Shown: positions 59,585 through 64,000 of the stretch, piece by piece
Numbering within the stretch: the stretch's first letter is position 1
Layout of the letters: each line of letters begins with the position of its first letter
DNA from: Actinomycetaceae bacterium
GTDB lineage: Bacteria; Actinomycetota; Actinomycetes; Actinomycetales; Actinomycetaceae
NCBI GenBank assembly: GCA_030532245.1
Contig: JAUNLN010000003.1
Location: forward strand, 10,552 to 74,551
Reading direction: 5' to 3'
Length of the DNA stretch: 64,000 bases
Notes under the pieces: generated by a model
Seen by the model: only the letters and a program-made list of their open reading frames with translations
Told to the model about the DNA's origin: nothing
Databases searched by the model: none
Translations under genes and position numbers: made by a program

Positions 59585-60665
59585 TCACTCCCATTGCAAT
59601 CGCCGCAAGACGCAGCTCCTCGGGCTGGACGATCCGCACCGCGGTGCAACCACTATTCGACGTGAGCACCATGCGGACCTGGCCCGCACGGACCTTCTTA
59701 TCCGAGCCCATAACGTCAAGTAGCGTATCGAAGTTCTCGCAATGCCACGAGGTGGGAAGCCCCTGCTTCACGAGCACAGACTCCTGCTCGAGGCGCCACG
59801 CCCTACTACCAACACCGAGCTCCTCAGCAACATGGGCCGCAAATACGATACCGATCGCAACGGCGTCGCCATGGCGAACCTCATAGTTTTCAAGCTTCTC
59901 AATCGCGTGCGCAAGAGTGTGACCGTAGTTCAAAATCTCGCGTACTCCCGACTCCTTCAAGTCTGAGCTCACGACCTTCGCCTTCACCTTCACAGCCTTC
60001 GTGACGAGCTGGATTAGGTGCAGCGAACTCTTCGAAATCGGGCCCTCTTCGGCCACCAAATCCGAGATCGACTTATCGTGGATGAAACCGCACTTAATGA
60101 CCTCACCCATACCCGCGCGGAACTCCGCGTCGGGCAGCGTGGCCAGCACATCGATGTCTGCAACCACTGCGATCGGCGAGTAGAAAGAGCCGGCAAGATT
60201 TTTACCGTGCACCGTGTTAATACCCGTCTTGCCACCAACTGCAGCGTCAACCATGCCAAGAAGCGTGGTCGGCACCTGCAGCACGGACACGCCGCGAAGC
60301 CACGTGGCGGCCGTGAAACCAGCCAAGTCTGTAGTGGCTCCCCCACCAACTCCAACAATCAGGTCACGCCTGCCAAGATGATTGTCGCCTGCAGCGCGCC
60401 ACGCCTCGGTTAGCACCTCCACGGTCTTACCGGCCTCGCCGTCGGGATGCACGAAGTAGCTAACCTCAATGTCGGCATCCTCCAGGTGCTTACCAACCCG
60501 CTTCGCAATATCCGTGACACTACTTGGGTGGATGATTAGAGCCTTCATGTAGTCGCGCCGGTCTAGGCTGGAGGCAACCTGGTCTAGCACTCCCGAGCCG
60601 ATAACTACCTTGTAGTTGCGATCTGCGTTTACTTCAACAATGGGCATCTGATCCTCCTTTGCCAT
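59574..60665 (-). CDS. aroB: 3-dehydroquinate synthase
   Basis: GGGATTDLAGF, PTTLLGMVDAAVGGKTGIN, LNYGHTLAHAIE; start may be 60647. Confidence 0.95.
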   Translation of the reverse strand: MAKEDQMPIVEVNADRNYKVVIGSGVLDQVASSLDRRDYMKALIIHPSSVTDIAKRVGKHLEDADIEVSYFVHPDGEAGKTVEVLTEAWRAAGDNHLGRRDLIVGVGGGATTDLAGFTAATWLRGVSVLQVPTTLLGMVDAAVGGKTGINTVHGKNLAGSFYSPIAVVADIDVLATLPDAEFRAGMGEVIKCGFIHDKSISDLVAEEGPISKSSLHLIQLVTKAVKVKAKVVSSDLKESGVREILNYGHTLAHAIEKLENYEVRHGDAVAIGIVFAAHVAEELGVGSRAWRLEQESVLVKQGLPTSWHCENFDTLLDVMGSDKKVRAGQVRMVLTSNSGCTAVRIVQPEELRLAAIAMGVIDA

Positions 60666-61161
60666 CGAAGCCTTCTAATGCTTTCAAAATCTTCGCAGTA
60701 TTTTGCTCTTTCGATGCGGCTCCAAGACTCACCCGCACCGACGCAACCTCGCGGTACCAGGCATCCCGGCGGGCAGAAAGCGCGCGCATCCGCTCCTCCA
60801 CCCCGTCTGCTAGGAGTGGGCGCGTGTGGCTGCGACTCGCGCGGCGAATCGCCTCCTCCACATCGATGTCGAGAAATACTACGAGCTTTTCCTTAAGTAA
60901 CTCCCTATTCTCAGGCCTCTCGACGATTCCGCCACCTGTCGAAATGAGGGCGTCCGGGCCTTCAAGAGCGCGCCGAAGCGCATCGCGTTCCAGGTCGCGA
61001 AAGTGCGCCTCACCAATCTCGAATAGCTCCGGGACGGTCTTGCCGCTGCTTTGCTCGATCTCGCGGTCGAGATCCACGAAGGGCAACCCCTTCGCCTCAG
61101 CTATCCGCATGCCGAGCCTTGTTTTCCCACTCCCTGGAAGGCCTACTAAAACGATGCTCAT
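60634..61161 (-). CDS. aroK: Shikimate kinase
   Basis: GLPGSGKT, DLD, GEAHFRDLE, STGGG, RPLL, R...Y. Confidence 0.94.
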   Translation of the reverse strand: MSIVLVGLPGSGKTRLGMRIAEAKGLPFVDLDREIEQSSGKTVPELFEIGEAHFRDLERDALRRALEGPDALISTGGGIVERPENRELLKEKLVVFLDIDVEEAIRRASRSHTRPLLADGVEERMRALSARRDAWYREVASVRVSLGAASKEQNTAKILKALEGFDGKGGSDAHC

Positions 61162-62360
61162 CCATCCACCCGCTTTGAGACCCCGCGAGAGTATTCCTCA
61201 ATTTCGGCGCGGATTCGCTCGACAGAACCCGTGCCGAACATTTCGGTAATCGAGTTCGCGATAGTAAGAGCCATCATCGACTCGCAAATCACGGCGGCAG
61301 GCACGATTTGGCTGGCATCCGAACGCTGGTGCAGGGCAGCCGCCTGCTCGCCCGTTGCAAGATCAATAGTTTTTCTAGCGCGCGGAACCGTTGAGATCGG
61401 CTTAAAACCAACGCGTGCAACGATCGGCTCGCCGTTCGACATGCCGCCCTCAATGCCACCCGCACGGTTAGACGCGCGGTGCATTGCCGGATCTACAAGA
61501 ATTTCGTCGTGCGCCGCGGAGCCAAGCTCATCCACCTGACCCGAGCCGATCTCAACCGACTTTGCACTTTGAATCGACATGAGGGCCGAAGCGAGGCGGG
61601 CATCCAGGCGCTCGTCCCACTGCGTGTAGGAGCCGATGCCAACGGGAAGATTGTAGGCGGCAACCTCGGCGACTCCGCCAATGGTGTCACCGCTCTTCTT
61701 CGCCTCGTCGATCGCCGCCGTGAAGCGCACGGCCGCATCGGCATCGAGCGTGCGCACGTCACTCGCGTCTAGCGCCTCTTGGTCTTTTGGCTCTGGAACG
61801 GGTGCGCTCGAAGTTTCCTTTCCAACCGCAACCACGTGCGAGACGATCTCAATACCCGCAACCTCACGCAAGAACTGTTTCGCAACGTAGCCCAACGCAA
61901 CCCTCATCGCGGTTTCTCTAGCGGAAGCACGCTCCAGCACGGGGCGGGCATCATCGTGATCGAACTTCATCATCCCGGCAAAATCAGCGTGCCCCGGGCG
62001 CGGCCTCGTAAGCGGGCGGTTGCGCGCAACCTCGCGCTCATCACCCGTGCCGGCGTCAATAAGAAGATCCTGCGGATCAACCGGATCCGCACTCATCACG
62101 ACCTGCCACTTAGGCCATTCAGAGTTCGCAACCTCAATCGCAACAGGCGAGCCCATTGTTACACCGTGGCGAACCCCTCCAAGAATCCGCACAACGTCTT
62201 GCTCAAACTTTTGGCGGGCCCCTCGACCATGACCGAGACGGCGGCGATACAGTTCCGCGGCAAGTCCAGCAGTATCGACATGCACGCCCTTAGGCACGCC
62301 ATCGATAATCCCAACAAGAGCTTCTCCGTGCGATTCACCTGCACTCATCCACCTGATCAT
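61158..62360 (-). CDS. aroC: Chorismate synthase
   Basis: AGESHG, RPGHAD, ERASARETA, AGGIEGG. Confidence 0.97.
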   Translation of the reverse strand: MIRWMSAGESHGEALVGIIDGVPKGVHVDTAGLAAELYRRRLGHGRGARQKFEQDVVRILGGVRHGVTMGSPVAIEVANSEWPKWQVVMSADPVDPQDLLIDAGTGDEREVARNRPLTRPRPGHADFAGMMKFDHDDARPVLERASARETAMRVALGYVAKQFLREVAGIEIVSHVVAVGKETSSAPVPEPKDQEALDASDVRTLDADAAVRFTAAIDEAKKSGDTIGGVAEVAAYNLPVGIGSYTQWDERLDARLASALMSIQSAKSVEIGSGQVDELGSAAHDEILVDPAMHRASNRAGGIEGGMSNGEPIVARVGFKPISTVPRARKTIDLATGEQAAALHQRSDASQIVPAAVICESMMALTIANSITEMFGTGSVERIRAEIEEYSRGVSKRVDG

Positions 62361-62401
62361 GAATCAAGTGTGACACAACCGGCAACCATTGTGCCGACCC
62401 G

Positions 62402-63079
62402 CTACCAAGGTGAGACAGCGCCACCCGTCACGAACCAGGAGACCAGCGCACCAATCACGAGGGCCGGGCCGAACGCCACGGTCGAACTCCACTTCACCTT
62501 GCCAAGCGTGAGAAGCACGAGCGCGTAGATTCCGCCCACAATCACAGCCGTGAGCAATCCCCCAAACGCGACGCCCGCACCGTAGAGGCCAAGCCAGCCG
62601 CCCAGGACGGGCGCAAGCTTCACATCCCCTAGGCCAACGCCTCCTCCAACACGATTGAGCAGCCACAGGGGGAACAGCCAGACCACGATTCCAACCGCGA
62701 TCCCAACCAGGGAAGTGCCGTGATGAAAACCGATGAGCCGAACGATCATGCCCAGAACACCGCCTACGACGAGGGCTGCCATGGCGAGGAACGTGAGCAC
62801 ATTCGGTTGCTTCTTCGTGGTTGCGTCAATCAAAACCATGAGCGAAAACAGCGCCACCAAAGGTAGCGTCGCCACGAGGAAGGGGTCGCGCGTACCAAAC
62901 ACCGCCACAAACGCAGTGGGTAACGCACTTATCAGCGCGTATTCGACTCGCGTGCGGGCGCGCAGGCCAGCACGTTCAAAATAGGGATTCAAATACTCAG
63001 GGCCACTCACCGTCGCCCAGCCGACCACAAGAACTGCCGCAATACCGGCGAGCATCCAAATGATAATTTGCGCTGTCAT
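62402..63079 (-). CDS. A24 family (prepilin-type) peptidase
   Basis: IDATTKKQPN and GLGDVKL aspartate motifs, AFGP; typical aroE-aroC spacer gene. Confidence 0.8.
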   Translation of the reverse strand: MTAQIIIWMLAGIAAVLVVGWATVSGPEYLNPYFERAGLRARTRVEYALISALPTAFVAVFGTRDPFLVATLPLVALFSLMVLIDATTKKQPNVLTFLAMAALVVGGVLGMIVRLIGFHHGTSLVGIAVGIVVWLFPLWLLNRVGGGVGLGDVKLAPVLGGWLGLYGAGVAFGGLLTAVIVGGIYALVLLTLGKVKWSSTVAFGPALVIGALVSWFVTGGAVSPW

Positions 63080-63909
63080 AGGTTAGTCAGCATAGTCGCT
63101 TTTTTAAGAGCGCCGCGCATTGCTTCCACAGGCGCGCTGCGACCAGTCATGAGCTCCACCTGCAGGCAAGCCTGGTGAAGGAGCATCGAATAGCCCGAAA
63201 CCACGTGCGCGCCGGCTTCCATACCGAGCTTTGCAAGCTTCGAGGGCCAAGGATTGTAAGACACGTCAAGTATCACCGAGCCGCTCTTTGGCACGAACCG
63301 CTCCGCCCAGTAATCGGCCACGCCCGTGGGGAGCGTCGACACGATCACGTCGCCACTACGAAGTTCCTCTACCACGCGCTCTTCGTCCCTCCACGGAACA
63401 TGTTCCGTCGCAAGGCCAAGGCGAGTTTCTGCAAACGTGATCGACCCCGGGCCGGCAAAAGAGCGCGCCACAGTCGCAATGCTTCCAACATGCAACTGGC
63501 CAAGAGCCGCAAGAGTCGAGGAGGCGGTTGCGCGCGCCCCCAATATCACCGCGCGAGCATCTTTAGGAACCTGCGCGTTTTCTGAAATGGCTTTAACAAT
63601 GCCGTGCACGTCGGTGTTAAACCCCGAGAGCACTTTTCCTGCAGGGACAATCGTGTTTACCGCTCCAACACCTTCTGCAAGAGGCTCAATCGCATCGAGC
63701 AGGCCCATGACCTGCTGCTTGTGCGGCATCGTCACGGCAACACCGGCAACGTCGCTGCTAATAGAGGAAACAAACTCCTCCAGCTGCTCTGGCGCCACCT
63801 CAACCCTGGAAAACGACCAGTCGCCTAGGCCAAGCGCCTCATAAGCCGCCTCATGCAATACCGGCGAGAGGCTGTGTGCAATCGGCTGGCCAATCACAAA
63901 CGCGCGCAA
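63076..63909 (-). CDS. aroE: Shikimate dehydrogenase
   Basis: HSLSPVLH, VTMPHK, AVNT, NTDVHG, MLLHQA. Confidence 0.94.
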   Translation of the reverse strand: MRAFVIGQPIAHSLSPVLHEAAYEALGLGDWSFSRVEVAPEQLEEFVSSISSDVAGVAVTMPHKQQVMGLLDAIEPLAEGVGAVNTIVPAGKVLSGFNTDVHGIVKAISENAQVPKDARAVILGARATASSTLAALGQLHVGSIATVARSFAGPGSITFAETRLGLATEHVPWRDEERVVEELRSGDVIVSTLPTGVADYWAERFVPKSGSVILDVSYNPWPSKLAKLGMEAGAHVVSGYSMLLHQACLQVELMTGRSAPVEAMRGALKKATMLTNL

Positions 63910-63910
63910 G

Positions 63911-64000
63911 TTAGCACTTCCCCGCGTTAGCCTCGCACCAAGCGTCGAACTCGGCGCGGTTTTCTTCCTGCTCCACGAGGGTCGCTGCGAACTTGGTTTC
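63911..64000 (-). CDS. mltG: C-terminus of endolytic transglycosylase MltG (partial)
   Basis: Manual translation ETKFAATLVEQEENRAEFDAWCEANAGKC*; conserved mltG-aroE order. Confidence 0.65.
   Translation of the reverse strand, partial: ETKFAATLVEQEENRAEFDAWCEANAGKC

Noticed and set aside
62402-63079. Type IV pilus locus
   Set aside because: Lone A24 peptidase in its usual aroE-aroC position; no pilins or ATPases.

Overview
This is core chromosome of a high-GC actinobacterium. Gene order and the cmk-der fusion suggest Actinomycetaceae (inference). A dif-like site at 28691-28718 suggests it lies near the replication terminus. Gene content in order: pgl (partial) and tkt; xerD-parA-scpAB-rluB-tyrA-cmk/der; rarD; tRNA-Pro(GGG); a TAXI-TRAP transporter whose binding-protein gene has an apparent frameshift in its signal peptide; pepN and the DUF881/sbp/FHA/MerR cluster; a TetR-MMPL-YhgE/Pip module; a BASS symporter; rbpA; pafBC-tatAC-helY-lnt without Pup-proteasome genes; hisEG; an FMN-riboswitch RibXY-like importer where the rib biosynthesis genes usually sit; and the conserved mltG-aro-efp-nusB-pyr-gmk-rpoZ-coaBC-metK-priA-fmt-rsmB-rpe block. 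No CRISPR array, prophage or IS element was seen. The most unusual items are: a translationally coupled CarA with no glutaminase domain (possible ammonia-only carbamoyl-phosphate synthetase); a structured metK leader I cannot assign to a known SAM riboswitch; a degenerate second shikimate kinase; loss of mIHF from its usual locus; and candidate FtsR-type and PafBC-type promoter motifs. All calls come from reading the sequence and recalling family motifs. No searches or computations were run.
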